NCBI GenBank assembly: GCA_036172245.1
Contig: JAYWIR010000036.1
Span: 1,488,001-1,552,000 of the forward strand
DNA from: Raillietiella orientalis
Taxonomy: Eukaryota
Length of the DNA stretch: 64,000 bases
Direction of reading: 5' to 3'
Positions within the stretch are counted from its first letter, which is position 1; the number at the start of each line of letters is the position of its first letter. This document shows, in pieces, positions 20,383 to 33,200 of this stretch. The notes beneath the pieces are model-generated. The model was given only the letters and a program-made list of their open reading frames with translations, had not been told where the DNA came from and ran no database searches. The position numbers and the translations under genes were made by a program.

Positions 20383-21394
20383 GCTTCTCCGGGCTACTGC
20401 GTCGGGACTCCTCTGGAAAGCTGGATTTCGGGAATGATGCTGAGTACCAATTGCTTTCCCCCCCCCCCTCCTTCCCCACGCGCGTCCCTTCGCTTCCCGA
20501 GGGAGCGAGAGAGAGAGAAGATAGAAACGCCCAGCGTCCCACCTCATTGCTTCCCCCTTCACTCACTCCCTTTTCCCGAGAGCCCCTTCCCAGACGCGTG
20601 CTGGAGGACCCTCCAGAGAAGGACGGGGTGGGAAGCAGAGTCCGGGCCGCATCCACGGTCCTGAGAGGTGAGGGGAAGAGGAAGGAGGAGTCTCCTGCGA
20701 GCGACCCTGGGATGGGTGCTCGGCGTCATCTGAGCGCGCATGCGCGGACGGGTACGGGAGGTGAGCGCGCGGGAAGCCTTCGCGGACGGCAATTCCTCTC
20801 CCGGGATCACGGATCCTCTCTTGACCCTGTGCACGCGCACGCGTACCTTCTCCCCGCGGCCTCATCCCGTGCGGAACGGCCGGGTGCGCGTTCCCTCCGG
20901 CTGCGGTCGTGTTGGCGCGCGGAGGCCACCCTTTGGGAGGGCGCTCGGCTTCCCTTGCAGGATGGCGTGCGAAGCGGACGGGACGGCGATGCCGCCACTC
21001 CTCCTGAGAGCGGCGAGGCTGAGGACCTCGGGCGCAGGGGAGCGAAGTGCTCCTCGCCCGGAACGGGAGGAGGCTCGTAGGGAGCTCCCCCTTCCTCCTG
21101 CGATGCTTGCGGTCCTCCCACAGCTTCTCAGGGGGGCACGCACGATACTGCTGCTTCTTGTCCCGCACGGCCTCGCCCGACAGCAGCAGACCCTGGGGAG
21201 CGGGTCGGGTAGCGGCTGCAGAAATTCCTACGCCAAGAAGCTACCTCAGGACGGCAGGGGCGGGAGGTGCAGCCCACAGTGGGGCCTCTGTTGCAATCCA
21301 GGAAAGTAGGAGAGGAGGAGAGCGGCGACGACCAAGAAGGAAGGAAGGTGAATGAGAAAGGAGGGGGAACGGGAGGGTGGAGACTAGAGGGCAG

Positions 21395-21543
21395 GAGGAA
21401 TGGGGCAAGAGGAATAGGAGAGGAAAATTGGGGCAGGAGGGATTGGAAAGGAAGAATGGGAGAAAGAATGGGGCAAGAAGAGTAGAACAGGAGGGACGGG
21501 AAAGGAGGAATGGGAGAAGAAGAATGGGGCAGGAGGAATGGGC
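21395..21543. repeat. Degenerate purine-rich minisatellite (GGA(G/A)GAATGGG(G/A)-type units)
   Basis: Recurrent gaggaatggggca / aagaatgggaga / aagaatggggca units. Related GGA/GAA-rich tracts occur at about 17589-17700 and 20070-20190. Confidence 0.7.
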
Positions 21544-22481
21544 CACGATGGCTCCGTGGAGCGTGGTCTCCACGTCCCAACACAGCCGCTGCAGGGAGGA
21601 ACGTCCGCCTAGCCGTGTGGAGCCATAGAAGTCGAGCAGGGAAGGATGACCCGTCCCAAGGGACAAAGCCGAAGATCTCCCCACAGCGAAAACGGAATCC
21701 AACAGGAAGGTGGAACGTGCGGATTCGGTTTCACCCGTTCTCTGTTGGTGAAGGTGTTGAAGCTCTTACGAGGCTCTTCGACATTCGCCACGCAGCAACG
21801 CCGAGCGCGAAGCGACGGGATGCTGCGCGTGTGCTTGGAGGAACATGGTTGGTTACCCAGCCCGCGTACCACACCGTGACGCTATCCCGTCCGCTCTCGG
21901 CAGAGATGGGGAAGGCGCGCGCAGTCGCGACACGGCTGCACGCCACGTTTCTTCTGTTGCTTCTGCGGCGCATGCACGAAAGCAGAGCTGCTGCCACCGC
22001 GCGGGGTACACGGAAATGACATTGGGTCTTCGCCTCGGCGTGGCCCCCTTCCGTAGTGGTCAGCAGGGGAGTTCACTTCCTCTGTCGAGTCTGCTCCACG
22101 TGGCATAGGTGGAGCAGAAAGAGGGAACGGGATTGCGAAACCGCCAACAGATTACTTCATTCGAAAGTGTTGAATTATGGGGGAACAGTAAAAATCAAAC
22201 AAGGACTAACTGAATTGGAAACCTAGTAAAAGCAAAACGGTCGCATTATCCGGGTCAAAAAAAAATAGGGAAGGGAGAGAAAGGCTTACGAGTTACTCGT
22301 GACAGCGTGCGTCTTTCATGATTGCCGTCTTACGACGAAGAGTGTATGTCGGTTGCTCTCCTGAACGAGTTGTTCATCGTAACTGAATAGAATTCTTGGC
22401 AACGTCTTGGAACTGCGGAATTTGGATTTGGATTCAGATGATGAGAATTCTACTATTGTACTGCTTCCATAGAAACAATAA

Positions 22482-22500
22482 TGTGTGTGTGTGTGTGTGT
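22482..22500. repeat. (TG)n microsatellite
   Basis: Directly visible tgtgtgtgtgtgtgtgtgt. Confidence 0.9.
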
Positions 22501-25500
22501 AATACATCGCGGATGCTCCCCAAGGCGAATCAGATCAATGAGATGTTAGTGAGGATTTGAGTAAGTGCACAATGCGCCTTGGTTCTGGTTACCTTTTCCG
22601 TCTCAGAGAAGGAAATTTGTGGAACTCGGAAGTTTTTCTTAATCTGCAGAACATTCCACCGGGGATTCGAAACCCCAGAAACTCTTGCTGGTTCGCCCTA
22701 CCACGTGTCCATTGAATATGCTGACATCCTAGGAATGCCGATTGGTTCCAGGAAGTCTGAAAGGGGTCGAGAACTCGAGGGAACTGCCTCCTCGTAAACC
22801 TGTGGGCCACGAAATGTACCGCAAAAAAAGGATGTTTTCAGTTTTTATACACTCAGCGAGGCTTAAAACGCCGCAAGTTGTCCATTCCATTTCTTAATGC
22901 GCCTCTGACTGTCAGATTGTCTGCAGTTGTTCCAACTTGCTTGATTCTACTGGTTCTGTAAAAAGAAAGAAAATTGTATTTTGCTTCTGCTCCTGTATTT
23001 TGTTCTGACATGCTACTTCCTGTCTTCGACACCAGTTTAGAGGAATGAAGTTGGTATTTCATAAAAGAGTGCATGAAATTCATTCTCACGCATGCATGCA
23101 CAGATACAGAAGAATCGTTCTTCTGCTCTCCTGAGTACGCTAAGGAGTGCTTTGACACTTCAGCTTCATACTTTTATCTCCTTCCTTACCAGCTTTTTTC
23201 GACCCCACTGGCCAGTTCTTCAGGATTCTTTCAGATGATGGCATCTCCATACTGCTTACCTTATCACTGCTCATAAAGAGACAAAATGGAGATGCTGACT
23301 GTTGTGAAGGTCATGGGTCTAATTGGACCGAAAAACAACAAATGCCTAATAGTGCATGAAGTCATTTGTGCAGAGCTTTGTTCCAAAATATCTGCAGGAA
23401 AATGTGTTTCATCGTGCCGTTCACAATAAAGAATCTGATTACAGGATGACTAAATTGTGGCTTCGTTGGTCCTTCACTTGTCCCCCCCCTTGACTCTTTC
23501 CGAGTAGTTCATTTACATTATTCATTTCCAAAGTGGTGGCACTTGTCGCCTTCTCATAACATCAGGATGAAACCTGTATTTCCATTAGTTTTTTGCCCCC
23601 TCCACCCTTTTTTCCCTTTTTTTTTTCCCGAGAAGTCATCCTTTTTGAAAGCAATTGTATTTCATTATAAATAAAAAATTGGCTTGCATCATCATTTAGA
23701 GGCTCATTCACATTCCAAACTTGTGGAATTCCTAAGGCGGAAACGTTACGCCGATTAGAAAGATTACATCAGAACAACGTAAGAGAGAATGAAGCACCAC
23801 CTATTCAGACAGCTTAATGATTTTGTTGATGAAAAATCCAGTGCATGTTATTCCCTTCCCATCGTAAATTCAAAAGTTGAAACAGACCTCCTTGAAATTC
23901 TTTACCTGGCTGCTATTTTTTTTTGGAAGAGGAAGAGGGAGAGAGATTGATAATAAATTAGAAGGCGAACCAGTAATAAATGATTAATAGTAGCTTAATG
24001 TGTATTTTATTCAATCGTAAGTAAGCGATTTTACAGACACCTATTTACCAAACACTACGATTTTACAAAACAGTCTTGACCTATCTTTCCTTAGCCAAAT
24101 GAACTCATAAACGATCTTTCATCTTCGACTTTTCGCAACAGGTCTACCTCTGAAGATTCCCTTCAGTTGGATTTGTGTAGGTATGTGGTTTACGCAAACT
24201 GTGATCAAGAAATTACAATAGTTGAGTGGTGTATTCATGATTGTAACGATGTTTTACTTGTCATTCTTATTACACCTCGTTGTGACTCATCGAATATGGG
24301 TCTCGATGGAATATGGTCCTTCCACAACGCTCTTGGGCTCCTATCGTCAACAAGATCGACAGATACAGCGCGGGAGTCCTACTGCTATACATCATAAGCT
24401 AATGTGATGAAGAAACTTTGATGATACAAACTCGCTTTATCAGATGAGCTCAGTTTTAAATCCTTTTCTAAACTCGACTTCGGAGAAGAGGCACCACCAG
24501 ATGCCACTTTGCAGAAGTAATCCAAAGCATGCTAGCCAGTATACTCCAGTTATGTTTTAGGAAATATTGACCATAGATTGTTTAGGAAATCCAAGTCAAC
24601 CACAAAGCTGCAAATGTTCTAAGTATGATACCCCAAAATCAAAATTTTGGCAATTCTCCTTTAGGAAGAACAACAGGAAAAGAAGAGGCCTCTCTTCCCC
24701 CCTTCCGCTCCGTTTCCTTGGTAGTCAGAAGCTCTTCTGACTGAGCCATTCTTCCTTGACCTCAAGATTGCAATATTTGGGAATATCAAGTTCGTCAACA
24801 CATTTGGAATACTTGAATGCCGTGAAATGCTTTCGTTAGACGGTGAGAATTCTAAGCATTTAAGGACTAAGGTAAGTCTATTCAAACTTTTTATTGCTTA
24901 TGTGTGCATTTACATAACTGGCTGCAGGTGGGCTCTGGACATTCTTTCGCAGTTACTCCTCCGCTTACTTGGGGCACTCTTCGCCCCTCTTCAGAGTGTT
25001 TCATCCACTTCCTGGAAATTTTCTATTAGGCTATTATAAATGATTAAATGATATAGCGATTAAAAGTTTTCAGCGATATTCTTACTTATCTCTGTATTTT
25101 GAGAGCTGAAAAATATTCTGCAGATGGTGGGCACCATGCTCCTGGGACTATCTTTACGAAAATGGTCACGTCCTCTCCAACTCCTCAGTGACCAAGATTC
25201 CAAAAAATTACTCAGAACTGCAGATTGCTATAAGAAATTTAGTTAATTTGTATTCGAAAACACTTGATAGTAGATAATTTGCATTGCAATCGGTATTCTT
25301 TTGCATTATTGTACTAAGAATACCAGTGAAATACCAGTGAAAGATATGAAATAATTGTTTCACTATCTGCAATTAGTACGGAGTAGTTGTTTTTCTAGTA
25401 TGTTTGATCCCTCGATATGCATGACAGCTCGGAACTTTTTTTCTTTGATTCCTGACGAGTGCTATGGTAGGGATCGTATGCTCGGTTTTGTTTGATATTG

Positions 25501-25976
25501 CAGCTGCTCTTCCGGTGTGGTTGGCAACTCTCAGCGTTTCGGTGGGAGTGCCGAGGCTCAGATTCAAATGTGTCAAATGCCGCTGCAGCCACGAAGTAAA
25601 TTGGAATCTCGGCCACCGGGGAGACCCAGTACCTCATCGGTAAAGCAGAACTAGTGGATAATTATGAAACAGGTTCTTCTGCGCGTGTACTTGTAACAAG
25701 TACGTAAACGCAGTGAGTTTTGAATTCGTTTATCAATGCTGTTATCTTTGAAGATAAGGTGGTGATAATGTGGTCTCCCATGGACCCGAGATGGCAGCTT
25801 CTTTAAGCTATGTTGGTGTGCAAAGGCATGGTGGTTTGCGGGTTTTGATTCAATGTGAAAAGCGTCAGTGATTTCTCAACACTGCATTTAAATCATTGTG
25901 TATGTGCAAAAGTTTATAAGGTGAACTCAAGCCCTGTCAGTTTTACATGCTTGAACAATAGGTCAATATTCACAAA

Positions 25977-28900
25977 ATGAGGATAAACATAAATGAGCCC
26001 CGATGGGACCAGAACACCTATATTGGTAGGGCAAAGCATTTTTTCCTTCTTACCAACCCACTGAATATCTTCTGTACCAGTAAAGACTTGGAAAATGCGA
26101 AAAATATAGTCGAAAAATACAGGTAAGTAATTGCAGTTTTCCTGTAAACAGGGTTGTGTATATGATTTGTATGATTCACTTAGCCATGAACAATCCCAAA
26201 TGATGCCTATCTAATATTATGTGTATTAACAAGTGTCATTTGACATTTAACTGATTTTGGCTCTTCTGCATTCAAATATTTGTATGATTGTAAATTTGAG
26301 CATCGATAATTCTAGTAGTTCTCCATTCTGTTGTGTATGCATTTTCGGAGAAGTGCATCAGTTGCATAGTGAGTATTTGTAGCCTTGATTCATGTGTTGT
26401 GAATGGTTTAAAAAAAAAATTGTTTTTTAATCGTTTTTTTTTTCGAGTTTATTGAATTTGACGTCTAATGTTTGATTGATAGTTAACAGAATTTGTAGTA
26501 GTTTTCTTAAATTTCAGTTTGAATTACACATGGATTTTTTTGCTTTTTTTGATATAGCATAACACTATATCTAATACCGTTCTTAAGCAGGGGTTTTTGC
26601 AAAACATTTGCAGACAGTCTTTGCTTCTTGTATGTACATTAACATTAGTTAGTATAAAACTTTGTTTTCCCTTCTTGCTAGTAATGCTGTCCCCAAAATG
26701 GTTCTAGTTGCAAGGAATCAGGTAATTGACTTGCATCCATTGACTGCTTGCATTTTTGATTTTCACTTAGTATCATCAACGTTTTTCTTTAAAAATTTGT
26801 GCCACATAGTGTTGGATTTTGGACCATGCTCCTAATTTCGTCTCAGTTCAATAAAACCAAGCATTTAAAATTTTGATTCTGATGGAAGCTTCTTTAATTC
26901 TTAATTTTTTTCACCAATGGGAATGTTGTTAAGCTCACTAAATAAAGTATTTTAAGTTACAGTTGAAATTACAGACAAATTTTGAAATTGTAATTTTTGC
27001 CCTAATTTTCTAGTAGTACCTGTTATGTGAAGATTTGCAGTTATTTTGCATTGCTTATGTCATTGCGTACTGAATATTAAATTTATTTAAGAAAAGGAGA
27101 AGATATTCCAGGATTAACAGAAAAGCAACTCTGGAAAGCTAAAAACATATATGATTCAGCTTTTCATCCTGATACTGGAGAAAAAATGCTTCTTATTGGA
27201 AGAATGTCTGCACAAGTTCCCATGAATATGGCTATTACTGGAGGCATGCTGGCTTTTTATCGGTATTGTTCTTCACTTTGATCATGAAACATATTTTCAA
27301 ACATATCCTCAAATTTTTTCACACCAAAGATTTAATGATACTTTTATAGATGTTGGTATAACCATTCAAAACAGTTACTAAAACACCTAATTTTGTGCTT
27401 TGATAATAATTTTTTTAAAAAAAAGAAAAATAATTCATGTTTTTTTCGACCGGATTTTTTATTCCATCTAAACAATATAAATTCAATAGTGTAGATCATT
27501 AGAGCATGACTTATTTGCAATACTTTCATTCAGGATAATGACAATCCATTTTTAGAAAAATATTCTTAAATTTTTTGAAGTTTCATGCGATTTTTTTTTC
27601 TTCCCATCAAAAAGAGAAACAATGGGGCTCCGAGTAGAAGAATTAAACAGTCATGTAGCATTAGAAATTTCAGGTTGAAGTTAGATTAGCATAAGATGTA
27701 TTCGTACTAATTTAATTAGAAGTTGCAACCACCATTTTGAAGTGTGGTTTATTTATAATCTAAACCGTCCAACTGATTGCATGCAAAGAATTCATGTTAT
27801 CCACATTACAAATCCTTTTCACGTATCTCTAAGAAGAATATGTCGTAATTAAAATGAGAAAATGAGGCAGAAAATATGACATAGGATCTGTACATTAACA
27901 TTATCCCATAGACATTCATGAAGTCAGCTACAAACTAGAGATTTGCAATGCAGTTTGGATAACAGATTTCTTTGTGTAAGTGTTTATTTTGAAATTTGGA
28001 ATAGCTTCATCAGAACCAAACCAAAAAGCTGTTTTCCTCAAAATACCTTGGGTGGGCAATATTTTCCATAGTTTGTTCTAAATTTGTAAGAAAATTTGAT
28101 TATTATCTTGTCAATAATAAAGACATATAATTTTTGTTAAACATTATTTTGGAAGCACTAGTTATTTCTGCGTAATTGTATATGTCTTATGTGATCACTC
28201 TAATACTATGAAGTGCATAATTTGTCCAATGTTGATTATCATGAAAAGTTGATTTGTTTTGTTTGAGTTGTTTTCTCAGAATTATTTCCTCCTGTGAAAC
28301 AGTGTTTGGTTACTAGACAATTTAATTTGGTCAGTTCTGAATTGGCTTAATTGAAAACGAAACATCATAAAAGTGCTATAAACTCTTGTGTAGCCGAATG
28401 TGTGAATATGTTTCTTTTTAGATCTGCCCCTGCTGTTGTGTTCTGGCAGTGGATAAACCAGTCTTTTAATGCTATCGTGAATTATACCAATAGAAGTGGA
28501 GAGTTTGCAATTTCTACCAAGTAAGCCATTTTCTAATGTGCTAACTAGATGTCTTTTGAATTGTGAAAGTTTGTTTCATAATCATGCCTATATTAGATAA
28601 GGAAAGGATAATAAAAGACTAAAGAAAAATATATAAAAGTCATCATTTTAATGCACTTTGATTGATGTGTGCTTTCACCAAGCTGGAAGCTCCAAGAGGT
28701 TTGCTTAATTATGTATGTTCATCAACTATGATTCAATTTCGGGGTTTAAGGTATTTGCCACAAGAAACATTTCAACTAAAATCACATGCTGTGTATACGA
28801 ATGGTTTCTATGCTTTGGGTGTCGACAGTTTTACATTCTGTTACTTTGGAGGCACTTGAAAGTTGTAACCAGAGGATTATATAGTTTGAGGTTGTAGGTT

Positions 28901-30192
28901 TCTACCCTTAGGTTCCATTTCTTACAGAGGAGCTATATTGGATTGTAAACCTTGAATTTGAGAAACTACTCCTGAATTACTGTCTGCAACATAGCTTTCA
29001 TCATGACTAACTTGAAGATTTTTTGCAATGTCTCAGAATGTTCATTGTGAGACATGTGGTCCCTTTGTCCTGCTGCCATCTCAGTTTTATTACCTTTACA
29101 TCATTTACTATTGGTTTTATGATTTTATTGTATTGCAAGTTGGCTGTTTGAAACTTCCTGCTCCCTTGAATTCATGTGCAATTGAAAAGCAGATGTTTTT
29201 TGCAGAGTAAACAAATAGTACAAAGCTGCTGTTTGAAGAGTTTTCCTTGTATTCTTTTAACTTTTATTTTGCTTATAATATTTTTTGTTGTTAAACTGAT
29301 TGTTCCATGTAATTTTGTTGATATGACAATGCATATTTTCATTACTCAATGCATGCATCGTTGAGCGTTTCTCTTTAATAGGTTTCTTTAATGGTTGTTT
29401 CCAGAATTTTGCCACTTTCCGCCATTCCCAGTAACATGGTTTTTTTATTTTTTTATGCAGTCCGTTGTGTTAATTCCTTGTTTTCGAATAATTATCTTAA
29501 GATTAAGCTGTGTTTGTGTATCTGTTCAGAATTTTTCTGTTCAGAATTGGCTGTTCTCTAATTTGATCAAGGATGTTCCTTGCATGAGACAAGTACTTTG
29601 CTCAGCGTAGGAAGTCATGTGGTGCCATGGTTTTCGGTCGTTTTTACTTCAATAACCAGGAAAAAAGGATTTGGAATTTCGTTTATATTGAGTGGTTTTT
29701 CCACATGCTCTAAGGGTGGGTTGATTTCCTTACCGAACCGTCCAAGTGCGATTCTAGTTCCAGTCAGATTTTTTTTTTTTTTTTTACTCGCCATCGCTGC
29801 TTAGTTTCATCTGAATTATGATCAGAAACATGGGGATGGTCTCTTCTCCTTTTTCATTTCGTAATCATTTCTGGCAGATATTCTTGTGTGCGATTTTGCT
29901 ATTCAAATGAGACGTTGCCGAATTTGAATTTAGGGTGGCGCTCTCGGTTTATCGGAAGTCGCGGGCGCTAAAAACGGAATGGAAATAAAAGGTCTCGATG
30001 CCGGAAACGTGCACTGTGTTTTATCATTATTCGTCTGGATCCGCACTGCTTCCAGTTCCCATCATTCTGAACTTCGACACGTGCCGACTTTGTTCTTGAC
30101 CCCTCGAGGACCTCCTGCCTTGCGTTTGCCAGTGGACGTTTCGATCAGTTTTTCCCTACTGGTTCGTTGGATTACAGTCTCCTGTGCTCCGC

Positions 30193-30223
<31 letters not shown>

Positions 30224-33200
30224 CCTCCCTCCCTCCCTCCCTCCCTCCACTGGTTCGGGATGAGGAAATTTTGGCTTTATTAAATGTCACACGAAGATGG
30301 CTGTGCTCTGTGATTTTGCTCAGCAGCGTCTCTCGGGATTCTGCATGCAAGAAGTACTGCGTATGTGTACTGGCCGATGTCAGTAAGGCGTCTGCAAGAT
30401 TTCATTAGAGAGCACTTGCGCTGATAAAATTCTAACTTTCCGGTTGGCATCCTTGTCAGAGCAATGGAGACTCTCCCTTTGTTTTTGTTAGTAAATGGTG
30501 GATTTTACGTGTTTTTTTTTTTTTCGAATGCTTGACAATATTGTTAAGAAAGGCATTAAGTCCGTCATCCTTGGAAATATTCCGAGATTTTTTGTGTTTG
30601 AGAAAAGTGTGACAGTTGACTTGAAAAATGCTGCTCTAGTAGGTTTGTCATGCAGCAATCCTCAACTGAAGGTGGAACTTAGAAGCCTCCGATGCGGCCC
30701 GCGTGGGAGACCTTGTGGTTGGGTTTCCGCGCGTGGCACCATGCAATCGCGGGTTCGAATACTCCGGCAGAAACTGACGCCACTGCGTCGTTGAGTTCCG
30801 AGTTTCTCCTGCAATGGCGCTGGTTGGCCGAGTCATTCGGGCGTGGCCCCGGCGGTGGTTTAATCCGGAGGCTCCTGATGAAGACCGGAACAGTGGGAGT
30901 CGACCTTCGGGTCCTTCCAGGAATAAAGGAATGGGGAGTTCCCCCTCCTGTCGTGCAACGGAGAGCGGACCCCCGTCACCGGGGGACCGCCTCCGGTTTC
31001 AAGATGGAGCAGGAGCCCTCACGGGCACCTCTCCTTTCTGGTTGTTCAAAGGAGCGGACTCTCCCCGTTGCGGGGGGGACCCTCCGAGTCGTCGCCTCTT
31101 CACAGAGTGTGCACAAGGAAGCAAGCGAGAGCGATTCCCTGCGGGAAGCTGCAGCGCCCCATCTGAGTTTCGGAAGCGTCCCTTCGGGGTTCTCTTCAGA
31201 GGAGGGAACAGGAGCGGTTCCCTTGCGGGTTCCCTTCGGAGAAGATGAAATGGAGAGGACCTCCGGGGGTGTCCCTCCGGAGAGAATGAGAAAGGAGATT
31301 CCCTTCTGGGTTCTTTTTCGGAGACAACCACGCGGAGACCGTAACCACATGGCCTCCGACGCGGTGGCCATGTGGTTACCTGGTTGATCCTGCCAGCCTT
31401 GTCTCAAAGATTAAGCCATGCATGTCTAAATCCATGCCGAAACAAGTCTAAACTGCGAATGGCTCATTAAATCAGTTATGGTTCCCTAGATCGTACAATC
31501 CTACTTGGATAACTGTGGCAATTCTAGAGCTAATGCATGCTTCCAACACTTCGTCCTTGTGGATGGAGGGCTTTTATTAGAACAGGACCAACGGGTTCCC
31601 TTCGCGGAACCAGAAACAAGAGGTTCCCCAGAGCCATTCCAACAATAGCTTTGTAATAACCTAAAATGAATAAATAAAGTTTCCCTCACCCCAGCCCCGC
31701 CCCCTGCCTCCCTTGCGTACGTGTCCGAAATTTTTTTTTGTGCCCACATCCATGGGGAAGAAGTCTGTATGGTTTCGCAGTGCGTGATCCGAACCCGTGT
31801 CGGCCTTTTCCCGCTGCTGCGTCTGCCCTTCTTCACGGTTACTTCCACACTCATTTGTCGACTGGATGTGTTTCATCTCCATAGACGTCGACAAACCGAC
31901 TGACTTTTCTACAGCCGCAGCACTTTCCACATATCCAGGGGAACAGCCAAGTTTCGAGTAACGGAACTCCCCAGTCGGATGAACCGACTTACACCTACCA
32001 CACTTGTTGCATACACAATGTACTTGTGATCGGTCGATCTTGTAAAGTCGTACAAAGCTCCATTTGTAGCTGAAGTGGAAGAATAATCTTGAAAGGCTAT
32101 TTACGAATACCTCGGTGTCGCACCGCAAATCGGGAACATCGAAAAGTACTTTGAGCGTTTCGAAAGTTGTAAATTTCGGTTTCTGTTTGTTTGTTTCTTT
32201 TTTCCAGGGAGCTTTTGACATCGTATGTTTTTGCTACTGGTGCGGCACTGACGACTGCCATTTCTCTGAATTCTCTTGTCAAAGTAAGGTCCATGGGATT
32301 AAAACAGAAATCAAAACTTGATCGCCATGCTAGAGCAAAGCATCTCTCGTGGGCCGGTTTGTTCCATTCGCAGCCGTTGTAGCTGCCAACTGCATCAACA
32401 TCCCGATGATGCGAATAAGGTAAAAATCCATTGCGCTGCGGCTCAAGGAGCAGCCCGTGCGTTAGCGTCCGCTCCGTCTTTCCTCCGGCCCTGGGCCGGG
32501 CACGTCTCCCCAGCTTTCGCTCCGTCGCAGGCCCGTGTCATCCCTCCGGAGCAGCATCCGGTTGCCACGACCCGGACTTTGTGGCGTGGTGCACTTTTGG
32601 TGCCCGCCCAGCCCACCGTGCACAACGTCCTCCTCCGTGGCATCGGCTCGAAGTCGAATCGGGAATTTTCCTTGCTTCCCGGTGCGAGTCCGCCGCACGT
32701 GCGGTCGGTTTCGGGATCCTCGCGATTCCGGATCTCGCACTTTCCCGGTCGCAAGTGGGAAATCCGAGTGGGAAACCGAATTCCGGTGTAGCGAATTGCC
32801 CTGCATGCCCGTCGTCGTCGACTAGCACGAATTCGATACCTCACTGGAATGCCTACCGAACCCTTCCTGAGATCCTCCCCTCATCGATGGAAGGGATGCG
32901 CAGCCCCATCCGTTTATTCGTAGCGGGAAGCGCAGAGCAGCCGACCGAGGGCAGCGCGTGGCGTACAAGTAGTGTTCGGCACCGTACACGGTGTGTGCTG
33001 GAACGCAGGCTGAGCCCTAAGCCCTTCTTCACCTTAGGGCTCATTGTGGGTCAATCGGCTTTAGTAAACCGGGGTTCAATTTCGGGAACGCATGAAGAAT
33101 AAGCCATTCCCACTGTGTTGGTTGGTTGGCGTGGCCTCTCGTTTTGGTGTTGAATTCCGGAAGAGCGGTCGTGTGTTCCGGAAGCAGGTGCGCATCCGTT

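Noticed and set aside
22800..25640. Possible 5' exons of the coiled-coil gene, divergent from sideroflexin
   Set aside because: Splice-like sites occur on both strands but the frames are interrupted by stops; this cannot be supported without transcripts.
30694..30770. tRNA gene
   Set aside because: A B-box-like word is present but I could not fold an acceptor stem or cloverleaf; it is kept only as part of the repeat.
30692..31387. 231-aa ORF spanning repeat copy C and stopping inside 18S, and the 334-aa ORF (53560-54564, -) spanning copy A, as a paralogous protein family
   Set aside because: The peptide similarity (e.g. GIKE..GVP) follows from DNA homology. The frame is not maintained along the alignment and copy B has stops in it.
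31377..31611. Functional rRNA gene
   Set aside because: Only about 235 nt, with a deletion in a conserved segment, and no remaining 18S, 5.8S or 28S sequence in the window.
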